DNA of 64,000 bases from Lingula anatina (lineage: Eukaryota; Animalia; Brachiopoda). Below, piece by piece: positions 38,601 through 51,723 of this stretch; the first letter of the stretch is position 1, and every line of letters starts with the position of its first letter. The notes under the pieces were generated by a model, which was given only the letters and a program-made list of their open reading frames with translations, was not told the DNA's origin and did no database searches. The stretch covers positions 10,354,001-10,418,000 of the forward strand of contig CM120649.1 of the NCBI GenBank assembly GCA_051362555.1, given 5' to 3'. The position numbers and the translations under genes were made by a program.

Positions 38601-38819
38601 TTGCGTCATGGTGAAAAAAATTGCATTTTGTGTAATTGTGTTATGACGTCTTCACTTTATGCGGCAATCGAATATGAGTAGAGTTTGAGGTTATAATTGC
38701 GTTGCGTCTGCTAAGGCTTCGAGATAGCAGGTGGGTGCAATCACACTAGCAAATAGCGCACGCTAGCTATGCTATAGCGCGTGCGCAACATAGCGAACCT
38801 TTCGAGATTCCGAGCCCAG
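35634..38819. mobile_element. Non-autonomous TIR element (hAT-like CAGGGCTCG end), about 1 kb, carrying HINE copy 3
   Basis: 37-bp perfect inverted repeat gggctcggaatctcgaaaggttcgctatgttgcgcac (35636-35672, 38781-38817) with sub-terminal gctagcg motifs; no TSD visible. Confidence 0.75.
36191..38394 (-). mobile_element. HINE family 2, copy 3 (simple, uninterrupted form)
   Basis: Both termini intact; about 160-bp internal repeats at 37831, 37990 and 38150. Confidence 0.9.
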
Positions 38820-39468
38820 CCCAATCTCAGATTGAACACAGTTAAATAAACAGAATTCTGCCAAATCTGTGGGAATTATTGTGAAATTCCAACACAAAAT
38901 ACCTCACAATGGTAAAAACCTGGGATAATTCTATCAATTTGCTGTGACTAATTGAAAGACATTTTCCAAGGAGTAGTTTGAGAGAAGTCACTATGGTATA
39001 GATAAAGTACGAGGCGCTGAGCTTTACGAGAGATATAGCAGATAATTGGCGAGCCGAGTGCTTTATCTGGCTTAAAGCACGAGTAATTAACCCTGTGCAT
39101 TGGTGCATGGAACGCATTCGTGGATGACATGACTTTACACGAAATAAAGCATGGCGCGACCTATTGTCTTTTGACAGGAGAGTGCTTTAAGGAAATTACA
39201 AATTAAAATTCTAAATCATAACAAAATTATTCTAAGAGGAAACAAAAAGTTTAGTGTACCACCTGCAAGCAGTCCAGTTACTGTCATGACAATGGGTCAT
39301 CCAAGGAAAGTAATGACCACTGCTCCACTTTGGTCCAATGAACTTCATCCCAAACTGACCACATCAAGCAGGTCACTATGGAGACAAAACGTGTGTAAAC
39401 TAGAAACGATATAAACAGTCATTAAACAAGGCATTTAACCACTTGACCACTGATGATCAGAAGCTAAT

Positions 39469-42203
39469 ACAAGGCAGCAAAGCTGTCAAATGTACAGACA
39501 AAAAACAGGAAATAACTATGCACAAAATAGGCTACTGTCAATTCTGATGCAAAAATACATTATGTTAAACTGCAAATTCAACATCAAATTTTAATTATCC
39601 TCAACAGGTAATACCAATGTAATTGAAATATGTGACAAGTTTACACTTTGAAAATGTATAACTTCCAGAAAAAGAAGTCACTTAGACTGCTTTGCCAACT
39701 CAGACTGCATTTTAGTCCCGTATTTCTTTTTTGAAAGTTTGGCAATCATAAGTAACATGGTTTTCCCATAATGGTCATCATGGCAGCAGCACCCAAAATT
39801 GTGTTTTCTTCTATTCTGATGCAATATTACATAATGGTTAACAGCATAATGACCGTCAATTTTTAATAATAAAATATACATATCATGGATTTTCAGAAAA
39901 TGTGACTAGCATGGGTCTTCAAGCCCGTGGAACTTCAAAGTCACACCTTGAAAATGCCAATATGTGAAAAATTAAATTTTCACAAAATAACTGTTTGACT
40001 GGCAGTAAGAATTACCAAACAGACTGTATTTCCTACTGAAGCTGTATTTTAGTCCCATGTTTCTTTCCTGTAAGTTTGAGAACAGTAAATGACATGGTTT
40101 TTCTTAAATGGTCATCATGGGAGCAGTGCCCAAAATAGTTTTTTTTTCAAATTTTGATGCAATATTACATAATGTTTAACAGCATAATGACCATCAACTT
40201 TAATAATAAAATATTAGTATTATGGATATTCAGAAAATGTGACTAGCAAAGGTCTTCAGGCCCATGGAACTTCAAAGTCACAACTTGAAAATGCCAAAAT
40301 GTAAACGAGACAGCACTGTTCTGAAATGTTTTTTTTTCCATTTTTAACAATTTTTAACATAAAACAAAATTAACAGTTTTCTGCCCTTTTTATATGATCA
40401 ACTAAGAAAATTGATGAGATGGGAAAAATATCAACAGAGCAGTGTTAAATGTCCAATCTCTTCCATTCTGAGATTCTGAACATAGTGAATGATTGAATCT
40501 GACAAACTGCAATGATATGAGTTTATTTCCATTTTTGAAACTTTATTACACAATACACAATAACAAGTTTAACATCATTTTTACATAATCATCTCCTGTG
40601 AATTAATGACAATTGGCCTATCTGTTTTTCTTATATTGTGTTTACAGTGTTGCATATATGCTGAAAAGTGAAAAAAAAAGCATAACTACTAAAATAGTGG
40701 CCCAATCATGCCGATTTTCGAACTTGACCTGCGTTATAGTAAGATCGATTACTCCTGTGAGTTTCAAGACAAAAAGCTTATCGGTTTTCCTTGAAATGTG
40801 TTTACAGTGTTGCATATATGCTGAAAAGTGAAAAAACAGCATAACTTCTACATTAATGGCCCGATCATGCTGATTTTCGAAAAGTAAAACTGCCTTCCAC
40901 TTATCGTGTTTACAATGAAAGTGCACGGCGCCGGCGACAGCGACAGTGATGGCAACGACGGCGACGACAGACGCAGGTGATGGCAATATGTACAGACACA
41001 TCTGTACATACTAACTGTACTGTTTGAGAACAGTAAGTGACATGGTTTTTCTTAAATGGTCATCTTGGGAGCAGTGCCCAAAATAGGTTTTTTTCAAATT
41101 TTGATGCAATATTACATAATGTTTAACAGCATAATAACCATCAATTTTTAATAATAAAATATTAGTATCATGGACAAATAGTAAACGTGACTAACAAAGG
41201 TTTTTAGGCCGATGGAACTTCAAAGTCACACCTTAAAAATGCCAAAATGTAAACAAGACTGCACTGTTCTGAAATGGGTTTATTTCCATTTTTAACACTT
41301 TTTTAACATAAAATAAAATTAAAAGGTTACTGCCATTTTTATAAGATCAACTAAGAAAATTGATGAGATGTGAAAAATATCAATAGAACAGTGTTAAATG
41401 TCCAATTTCTTCCATTCTGAGATTCTGAACATAGTGAATGATTGAATCTGACAAACTGCAATGATATGAGTTTATTTCCATTTTTGACACTTTATTACAC
41501 AATACACGATAACAAGTTTACCATCATTTTTACATAATCAACTAACAATGTTGTAAAGATGCAGGAAATGTCAAACAAACACTTTTACGTATCTTATTAC
41601 TTAAATAATAAGGCTATTAACATGCCTAAGAATGAAATCTGAGGAAATCTGAGGAAATGTGAAAAAACAGCATAACTTCTAAAATAATGGCCCGATTATG
41701 CTCATTTTCGAACTCAACCTGCGTTTTAGTAAGATTGACCACTCCTGTGAGTTTAATGACAATTGGCCTATCTGTTCTTCTTATATTGTGTTTACAGTGT
41801 TGCATATATGCTGAAAAATGAAAAAACAGCATAACTACTAAAATAGTGGCCCTATCATGCCGATTTTCAAACTTGACCTGCGTTTTAGTAAGATTGATTA
41901 CTCCTGTGAGTTTCATGACAACAGGCCTAACGGTTTTCCTTAAAATGTGTTTACAGGGTTGCATATATGTTGAAAAGTGAAAAAACAGCATAACTTCTAC
42001 AATAATGGCCCGATCATGCTGATTTTCGAACTTGACCTGCGTTTTATGAATATTCATCAGCTCTGTAACTATAAACCCAAAAAGTAAAACTGCCCTCCAC
42101 TTATCGTGTTTACAAGGAAAGTGCACGGCGCCGGCGACGGCGACGGCGACGACAGACGCAGGTGATGGCAATATGTACAGACACATCTGTGTCTGTACAT
42201 AAA
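39469..42203 (-). mobile_element. HINE family 2, copy 4 (composite form)
   Basis: Both termini present; same internal pseudo-terminus and restart as copy 1 (40988-41030). Confidence 0.88.
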
Positions 42204-43008
42204 AATGGAGTGCTTCAACCAGCCAAAAACATGACTTTCAGCCACTATGTTTAAAGCACATGCCATGAACAACATTTTAATTGAAGTATTTATTTGTATA
42301 TGTTTTGTGCATATAAGTTAATTGGCTAAAATAAAAAAAAAACATTGTTTACAAATGAGATGTGTGGATCAAGCATGCTACAATGCACATTACAATTCTA
42401 ATTTTTTAATAATAAAGAAGTGTGGATAATTATAAAAGCCCATGCTTTTCAATCACATTAAAAAAATCATTCAAAGCCAAATCTTGTGATACATGTAACT
42501 GGCCTTGTGTCTCTACAGAGGTAAGAAAGAAGGCCAATTATACCCACTGTTACTTGAAAAACAAAATCAACTGTTCATTTTGTGTACAACCTGCAAGAAG
42601 TCCAGTTCCCTGTTTACCATGGCTGTCCTGTCTCTGGCTCTTCACAACCCATTCATCCTGAAACTTGCTGTGTCTTGTTCAACTGTGTGAGATGAAGGGA
42701 TATTCCTGCAACTGCCAGTTCCTGTCTATTTCATATTAACAATACATGTCCCCATGTCCAGCCAGGTAAAGTCAGTTCACCTAGAAGACACCATGCTGTA
42801 TGGAGACTGGAGCTGGAAAAAGAGACAAAAGATTATATTAATGAAGTGACATAAATTATCTTAATAAAAAGACAGAACCCTGACAGTCCACAAGAGTCAG
42901 CAGAATATTATACCTACAATATACTGCCGAATGTCCACCTAATACGACAGAAATCATAGTTGTGGCAACTGGACCAAGACAAGTTTAAAATGTATTTTTG
43001 ATTACTTA

Positions 43009-43470
43009 TTATCTCAGATTACTTTTTTCAGGACAGCGATCCACCTTCATCCTGATTTAATATAAATTATGTCAGATTACTTTTTTCAGGACAGCGATCC
43101 GCCTTCATCCTGATTTAATATAAATTATCTCAGATTACTTTTTTCAGGACAGCGATCCGCTTTCATCTTGATTTAATACAAACTATCTCAGATAACTTTT
43201 TTCAGGACAGCGATCCACCTTCATCCTGATTTAATATAAATTATCTCAGATTACTTTTTTCAGGACAGCGATCCGCCTTCATCCTGATTGAATATAATTT
43301 ATCTCACATTACTTTTTTTCTGGACAGTGATCTGCCTTCATCCTGATTAAATATCAATTATCTAAGATTACTTTTTTTTCAGGACAGCGATCCTCCTTCA
43401 TCCTGATTACATAGAAATTATCTCAGATTACTTTTTTTCAGGACAGCAATCCGTCTTCATCCTGATTACA
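43009..43470. repeat. 58-bp minisatellite, about 8 copies
   Basis: ttatctcagattacttttttcaggacagcgatccgccttcatcctgatttaatataaa repeated. Confidence 0.97.
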
Positions 43471-43494
43471 CATAACTGATTGAACTGTCTCTTT

Positions 43495-44445
43495 AATACA
43501 TAATCTTTTAAGTAACCAGGTTGTCTGATTGTTCTCTTTGGTCTGGTGTAAATTGGTTCTTCAATATGATCACTGTTTTTCTCTTGCTGTGTCATCTTCT
43601 CATCAACTGAATTCTCTGTATTTAATGCAATATCATTTAAGTTTGGAATATTCTGTCTGTCTGTTGCTGCAATGTCACTTTTCACTGTAATATATCACTA
43701 AGTTGCAATTCACATGCATCATCTTGTCTTCTCATCTCATTTGTGTTTTCTTTCAAATACGAGTCTGCTGGAATTTTCATTACATCATCTGTTGTGTTCA
43801 CGACATTGTAACACAGTTTGAATTGACTTGCGTCTCTGCAGATTGTTCTTCTGTCTGTAACTCTTCTGGCAGTAACTTGAGAACCATGCATTTCCATGAC
43901 GATATAGAAAATCAGTTCATATGGTGTTGAGAGTTTGTTTCTTTTGTTCTGTTTTTAAACTAAAACATAGTCACGTATAATGAGTGTATTCTCCCTCCAA
44001 GTTTGATTAGTGTTGGGTCAGTGAGCGTTTTCTGCATTTTCAGATTTGACCATTTATCTGATCATCTTCTCTGTATTTGTGGCAGTGGGCATCTGGAGAG
44101 ATAATCTGGGTCTGCATCATTCTTTCCTGGCTCATATACCACTTCATAGTCAACACCTTGTAAGTCCATCACCCATTTCTTTATTCTCAGTGGTAATTTT
44201 GCTTGTGCTTTGTTAAACATGGGTACTAATGGTTTGTGTGCTTCAATAATACTAAATTCTTCTCTCATGTCCCAGTATGGTTCAATGTCCTCATCTTTTC
44301 TGTATAGATTGCTGATTCCAATCTCCTGTTGAGATTCTCCCTCCAAGTTTGATTAGTGTTGGCTCAGTCAGGGTTTTCTCTGGTATCTCATTGAGAATCA
44401 CTGCATTTTCAGATTTGACCACTCTGTCAAACTGTGTGCCTGAGC
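43495..44445 (-). pseudogene. Ty3/Gypsy pol remnant (end of RNase H and integrase C-terminal tail), internally deleted
   Basis: HKPLVPMFNK..LPLRIKKWVMDLQGVDYEVVYEPGK..DYLSR; GSQVTARR..ICRDASQFK; RPKRTIRQPGYLKDYV. Confidence 0.8.
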
Positions 44446-47082
44446 TGAAAAAACAAAAAAGAGAAACACTCATTATAAACATTCAAAAGGCCTGTAGCCA
44501 GCTATTTCAAAAGTTTTTTTCCTAAAAAAAGTGGACCTTTTACCATGAAACCAGTGTGTACCTAAATGAAAACTTACCCAGAGGGAACCTTTTCCCGTCA
44601 AAAAGGGCTGTTTGTTTGCATGTCTAAACTGGCAGTGGTCCGGGGCAAAGTCAAACTTGGCAGCTTCCTCATATTCACAGAAATTTGTACTTTAAAAAAA
44701 TTGCTAATATGCATCTGATGTTTTGCCATGACTTCATGTAAAAAAAAATCAAACTTAAAATTGTCATCATTTTATATTGGCAATTTCAGCTAAATTTAGA
44801 GGGACATTTGATGTGACTTTGCATCTTAAGCCGCCCGGCATGCCTCAAAATGTGTCACAACACTATATTCAATGCAGGAATGGTGCAGTCCAGATGTAAC
44901 ATTGTAATAATGTGATGTTATACTTGGCTACATACTGGGGTATGTATGAATTCCTAACATACAAAGTCATTACTTCACTCCAGTTGGAGGGCTATGGCTA
45001 ATATAAAGCACCCTGATAGGACGAAGTGAACACTGCAAAAATCCCCACAAATAACTTTTTAAGACAACATATAGAAACCCTACCCTCTACCAGGGCGACT
45101 GATAGATTTTTATGGATATTCACAGATATGTCTCTAGCTAGATAGATTGTCATTTTAACTCTGACTTAGAGTTAAAATGACAATATACGTTTTACCTCAG
45201 ATATTTCCAGGAATCCAGATCTACTGAATAACACTTATAACACTCCCTTTATCTATCCTCTAGCTCTTGTATCTGCAGCTCCTTCCTCTCTCTCTCCTCC
45301 CTCTCTCTCTCTCAAAAACCCCGCCCAACTGTCGCTTCAATCCCAAGACTTCCGGTACCAGATCACTGTAACAAAGTACTCACCCTTCTGTCATCAAGAA
45401 TGTGTTTGCATGCATTTAAAAGGATGCTGGAATCGTGGAATGTCCCACTGCTTCAGATCAAACTTTTATGGTAACCCATAAATATATCTTGGCCTTAGTA
45501 TAACGTTATTTTATAACGTGTAAAATTTTCCCGCTCCGCCTGACTAAGTAGGTCAAAGAAAACCCGCAGTGAATACTGGGTCACATCTCGGTACATCCGG
45601 TCACATGAAGCGCGCTGGTGTTTTACTCTGCTTCCCAGTTATCGCATATCTTTTGATTTTTCGTTTAGATATAATATTATTGATTATTGATTGAGAATAA
45701 ATTATAACAAAAAGGTAATTATAACTTGCTTTTCATTGTTATTATTATATTTTTTCTTTTTGCTTCAACTTTTGCTGGATCTCGGCACTGCTAACACAAC
45801 GTTCAATTTGAGCAAATGGAGCATTTTTAAGGACCTTCGCATTTAGAGCAAATAGGGCCTATCACCAAAGTATACTAAACAAACTTGAAAATATTCTAAA
45901 GTCAATTTTGCCTGCACAGCATCTAGTAGGCCTACCTGTATTTTACTTTTATAGACTGCGCTAGAGACTGCGCTAGTAAGCTTATATTAGATGCGCGTTA
46001 ATTTTTTCTTTTTCAAAACGTCTAAATTTTCCCCTCAATTCCAAGTATATTTTCTCAATGCCTGGTAACGAAGGTTTTGCAAATGGCTTTTTAAGAGAAT
46101 GCAAATTTGTCGTGTTTCGTGTAAAACATTTGACTGTGCCCTATTAACATATCGTCCAGCTTATCATGAGGGTTACTGATCACAATTCACGGCCACAGGA
46201 AATAAAATCATCAAATCACATAAATTAATTAAAAACTTAATTCGTATCTCATTGAAAATGCTAGTCTGGCGAGCTAAAAATAACTATCATCGAGTATAAT
46301 AACTTCGTTCACAACGGACGAGGGATAGAAACCCGCAATTCACGATTCACAGAAATGGGGTGCTTCACATCTCGGGGAATGATAAGTGGCTGTTACGGGT
46401 AAGGAAAATACCCAACGGGGCCTTCAGTCATTGTCTTAACTAAAATGAATATTTTATTAATGACTAAAATATTTCAAAACATGAAAGCAACTAAAATTAA
46501 TGATCTAGAGCAAAAATACGTCACGAAGGATTATTCAGCTTTTAAAAGTAGCTGCGAGTTATTTATTGCGTTATCTAAGATAAACATACTCTACATTTTC
46601 TGACGTTAGACATTAGGCCTATACTTGCTTCCAAACAAGTATCTTATTTTTCTACTTTATTGAAAATAAAATTTAAGGCAAATTTGAGATGGTGTTGCAA
46701 GCGACAGTAACAAAGGTCTAAAAATGACTCTGCATTTCGTGTTTTAAATATGATTAGCACATGTGCTCAACTAACTTATGCAACGATTTTCGTGTGCATC
46801 GAAAGACTCACCAAAGAAAGAGCGAAAGAGACAAAATGTTGTTATTATTCATCTACACAACGTACCTCCGACCGTGTTGGGAGTTCGACCCACTTGAGGA
46901 CTCAGATGATAGCTGTCGTCAATACTGCTTTTACTTAACGTAACAAACGCAATCGTCCTTTGCGCTCAAATCATAAACAGGAATCTTTCTTCAAAAATTA
47001 TTAAACACATCCTTACGTTTTATACATAGGCCTATCTATGAATATCTAGTGAAAACTCTATCTGTGACTCAGGTAGAGTGTA

Positions 47083-47083
<1 letters not shown>

Positions 47084-47116
<33 letters not shown>
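47084..47116. repeat. (CT)n microsatellite
   Basis: Direct observation; a shorter one lies at about 45286-45313. Confidence 0.9.
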
Positions 47117-47117
<1 letters not shown>

Positions 47118-48426
47118 GTTGTCTCTGGCCGAATTCACAATCAGTTGATCCTCGGACCAGAGTCAGATAACAAATCTCTTTTATGATAATTAACTGTTAT
47201 GACTGATAAATAAAACTGCAGATTTTCATTCGACAGCATCTTCCGTATCTTTACGAAAAAATATATTGAAAACGCATCTGTAAAGATTAACTCTGAAAGA
47301 TGAAAAAATGCCTGAGCTTTTGCTTGTGAACCTTTTTCACCAAAACAAGAAGAAACAAGCAAACTACAGGGATGCGTGACGTATGATGCATATGTAAGAG
47401 GGACACGAAGTTAGAAGTGCGTGATAAAGGTTAACGTCTTGAAGATTACGTAATAATAAAACAAGACTAATATTCGTTGAGATATTCATTGTCTCTGTAT
47501 AGTCCTTTTTAAAAAGTGTATAATATTTTTTATGAACTTGTGCTCGACAATTGTCTTTGAATTGTGTCGCGTATGTGTCCTTTTAAAATGGTGACTGTTT
47601 GTACTGTGGTGGTTCTTGATGCGAGTTTTAAGGGCGTAAGACAGCTTTTTTTCTATCGTTTTCACTTTTAATTACTATTAGCTCTATTACTGTACATAGC
47701 TACCGATTATCTGCGCTTTAAGCTTGTACTTTTTATTACAGATACAAGCAAGGCAAGCAAAAAGTCTCTGGCAGTGAATTGTGAACTGTTGCTGCTACCA
47801 CTCCTACATAAAGTAGATATTGCAAACATACATCGGTACATGAATCAATAAGATATCAGACAACTTTCATGGAAAATAAACTGAAATTAAAGCTAGATAT
47901 TCTTTTATCTATTATCGTTTCGCATTTACGTTAAATCTCGGCACGTACGTCTTCATCACCATCATACTTCCGTCGCAGTCCGAAGCGACGAAGTTCAAAC
48001 AGTGCACATCAAAACCATAAATCAGGAGTCCTTACGTAGGAAACCACGCGCTAGAGAACGGGTTTAATTAAGGCATTCTTGTTGGCGGTATTGTCACTAA
48101 TTTATAGAATCATGAACAAATCTGGATGACTCTATCTAGGACAAAGTAATTATTGGCTAAAAAAAAAAAAAAAAATACTTTTCAGAATAATACAAGAAAA
48201 ATTAATGAAAAGATCAAAGGCAAAATAATTTTAAATTAAAAATGGAACCTGAACAACAAATACAGCTTCAAGCAAATGGAAATAAAAATAGAATATACAC
48301 ACCTTTGACTTACGAGTTAAGCTACAATTAATTTTTAAAAATAATGTCGGTACCTTGTCAATGTATGGCAGGACTACGTGAAAACGACATGTACACCCTC
48401 CCCTAAAAAGGAGAACCAAATCCAAT

Positions 48427-48600
48427 GGGGCCGTAGCGATAGTCCGAAGGTTCAATAGTCCGAAGGTTCATTGGTCCGAATGTTCACTGTAGAACCTTCG
48501 GACCAATGAACCCTAGATTAAAAAATCGATAAAAATGTTACCACTTTTCGGACCAATGAACCTTCGGACCAATGAACCTTCGGACTATCGAGACGCCCCC
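48427..48600. mobile_element. MITE with inverted arrays of 16-bp subterminal repeats, 8-9 bp TSD (MULE-like)
   Basis: GGGG..gatagtccgaaggttc x3 and gaaccttcggac x3..CCCC; aatccaat at 48419-48426 and 48601-48608. Confidence 0.85.
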
Positions 48601-49694
48601 AATCCAATAATCGCAGTTGTACATCGGTTCACTATTTGTCTTAAGTAAATCATTATAAAATAAACGAATCAGATCAAAATTACAATAAAGCGCGGAATGT
48701 GCAGACCAGCATAATCGACACCTGTGGGTTTGGATACAAAACTGCTCTTCCCCGTTGTCAACGCTCTCAATTCAGGTCTATCTTTTAAAATAAAATGTTT
48801 TATTTTATATAAAAAAAACATGTATAAAACAACATACTTCGGTCGATAATCTAGCAGTGTGTAATACTGTGCATGAACCCAAATATGTTGTAGATGTAGC
48901 ATTATCAAAATAGAAATACCATATCTTCTTGAACATGAAAAGTCACATTAGAATTCTCTCCCCCCCCCCCGTAACCCCGTCCCACCAATACGCCCCCATA
49001 GAAACTCAACGTGTGTAGGAGTGTGAAAACTAAAATAGATCAAAACATCAAAAGTTCACGGATAGGATATGCCATGTAAAGATTCATAGGGGAGATAGGT
49101 AATCTCTTTTTGCTCTTTTTTTTAACCTCTCAATTTTGAGAAGAAATACAGTGAATCGGTGTCTCTCATTGCACTTATTCAATATAAATTCAAATATGTA
49201 AAACATCTTTCCTTTATCACGTAATTCGTCAGATGTAATAAAATACAGCATTTCCCTAGAAAACCTTTACCCCCTCTTGTGAATGCAATGTGCCGTCTGC
49301 AGAGCTCAGCGTCTGCTACCTCGCTGGATGCTTCGCGGTTCCCGGGATGTGAACAGTTAACGCGGTCCGAAAATTTTTAGGGAGAGTCAGATGAAACAAA
49401 GAGGGACCATGGCATCTATAAAGTTCTACATGATGAAGCTGGAGATGTGGACTAGTTTTACTCTTTTCTTTCAAAGTTTGCAATATACTCTGACTTTCAG
49501 TAACCCCATGCAACCAAAATATTTTGCTGGTATCTTGATACATCTCCCACTTGTGTCTCCCCCCTAAAACGGTCCACACTAAAAAAAATCAATAATCGTC
49601 TGGCAATTTTATACAGGCAATTGACCTACTTTTATACCCATGCAGCTATTGTCGAGTTTTATGGCTATAGAGTGAAAACGTGATACACGTCTGT

Positions 49695-49835
49695 GATATA
49701 AGTGATAGATACAATACGAGTCGCCGAGCTGTACGTGAAATATTACGAGTGTATTGGCGAGCCGCAGGCGAGACAATACACGAGTAATTTTCACGTACAG
49801 CTCGGCGACGAGTGTTGTATCTGACTTAAACCACG
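49695..49835. mobile_element. Long palindrome with a gagccgcaggcgag loop (Crypton-like non-autonomous core)
   Basis: gtcgccgagctgtacgtgaaa..gtgtattg pairs with caatacac..tttcacgtacagctcggcgac. The family is inferred; a possible related fragment lies at about 38990-39170. Confidence 0.6.
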
Positions 49836-50094
49836 GCCTCTGATTGGGTACTACACTGCCCTTGCGGTATTTTACTCATACATGTTAGGGGCCCTTGTGG
49901 TCACTTAGTCCTGTGTTGGACGATGGGGGACAAGGCTGAACACGCCTTACAGCCCCCTCGACCTAAGTCTGCTTCGTGCAGCAGCAGCAGCACCAACACC
50001 ACTCCCACCACCAGCAGCAGTTAAGATACTGAGAAGTCCCCCCCCCCCCCAAAAAAAATAAATAAATAAAATAAGATTACTTCTTCTCCACCAT

Positions 50095-50358
50095 CAGTGG
50101 CGGATTTAGAGTGGGGGTTTGACCCCTCCCCCCCCCCCTTCGGTCTCTGAAAAAATATCACGCCAATATTCCCCTCTTGAAATTAGAATTTTGACTAGCT
50201 AAATAAACCATAGCACTTAACCGTACCAAAGGCACTTTTTGCTCTCCAAGCACAAAAAAATTTCGGGGCCCTTGAGCAGGCCCCAAACTCCACACATCTG
50301 AGGCCTGTCGTCCCGCCCCCCCCCCCCCCTCCTTCAAATAATCCTGGATCCGCCCATT
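50095..50358. mobile_element. MITE, same family as 7418-7599, opposite orientation
   Basis: cagtggcggattt ... ttcaaataatcctggatccgccc; flanks accat/cccat; a partial copy at about 55682-55752. Confidence 0.7.
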
Positions 50359-51142
50359 CCCATAATATAATGATGATGATGATACCTTGATACTTCATGT
50401 GCCTTCACAGATTAAGAAAATTGTCATTGTCAAAGAAGGCAGGGAATTTACTTTGGAAGTGTACATTTTTAAACTTTCACATTTTGTATTTTGAGCAACT
50501 TGTCGTTCAAATTCGAGAACGCGAATTTTCAGTTTTTGGATAAAAGCTGTTTCATGACATTAAAAGTTTGAGAAACGACTTGTTTTCATTGTTGTTTTAT
50601 CTGTGGTGGGCGCTAGGACCCGATATACAGATACTGGGCCCTTATTAGCTATAGTGAGTAACGAGAGTGCAACAGACCGTAGAACGCACTCGTACATGAC
50701 GTGCTTGTATGTCGAATACAGCACGGCCGAGTCTTTTGTTCTACGCGGTAGCCGTGGTTTAAAAATTATTTCTAATTACATAATTTACAAACAGTGCATT
50801 TGGAATAAAGGTGTCCCGATTTGTGAGCAAAAGATGACATTGCTATTTGAAAATAATGAAAAAATTGGAGACAAGCCTAAATCAGAAAAAAATGCACTTT
50901 TTCTCTTATATGCAAATTAGGTTCCTTGAAGTAATATAAGACTGGCCGGAAGTGATGTTCAGAGATTTGTAACGATGATGATCTTGATGGCCTTGATGAT
51001 CTTAATGGTGGTTCAAAAAATATTATCAAAGTTTTCAGTTGTCATCTGGTGATAAAGAAATTTTCTGCACTAACACAATCATCCCACGAGTGAAAAATAA
51101 TTAGTAAACGCGCCTCAGAGATGCGCTGCAGACGTCACGGCT

Positions 51143-51324
51143 CAGGCCCGTAGCCGGGGGTGGGGGGGGGGGGGGGGGGGGGGGGGTTCGAAAGAACCGC
51201 CCCTTTTGTCAGGAAAAGGTCCATTTTGGGTAAAATTTGATCTAGGTACACATAAGTTTCATTGTAAAAGGTCCACTTTTTCAGAAAAAGAACCCCCCTT
51301 TTGAATTTGCCGGCTACGGGACTG
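51143..51324. mobile_element. MITE with CAGGCCCGTAGCCG TIRs, poly-G tract and 5-bp TSD
   Basis: caggcccgtagccg / cggctacgggactg with TSD cggct; a related relic at about 44489-44545. Confidence 0.8.
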
Positions 51325-51723
51325 CGGCTTTTGGGCGAAAATCACACACGACATTTCGTCATAATTATTTGATATTAAAGGTTAAAAAAACTGTGATTGC
51401 AAATGGATATCGGCAAAGCATTAAAATTTTGACAGCATTTCTATTTATTAGTGTTCGACAAGGATGAATTTAATTAGAATACCCTCTTTTTAAGCGAATA
51501 TAAAGGAGAAAGCCGAGCGAAAAAATAATGCGCATAACAGTCAAAATATTCAGAAGTAAAAAATTCAGAGTTAAAAATCTTGTTGGCCACTACAGTTCCT
51601 CTTTATAGAGGATCACACGCAAAATTCACCAAAATTGCAGCTCTCTTTGACAATCTTTCTTTGTTTGTGACGGTCTTCCGTGACTTACTAACTTCGGTGA
51701 CAATAGTTGCGATGCTCTAGATC

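Noticed and set aside
27647-42186. Recurring minus-strand ORFs of 119-186 aa (MCLYILPSPASVVA...) as a gene family
   Set aside because: They are translations of the HINE family 2 hairpin, microsatellite and 160-bp repeats. Frames break differently in each copy and there are no domain motifs.
46865-46905. tRNA or SINE B-box-like gagttcgaccc
   Set aside because: No A box or cloverleaf could be built.
49316-49579. 87-aa minus-strand ORF as a host gene exon
   Set aside because: No recognisable domain, and every frame has a stop between the putative splice sites.
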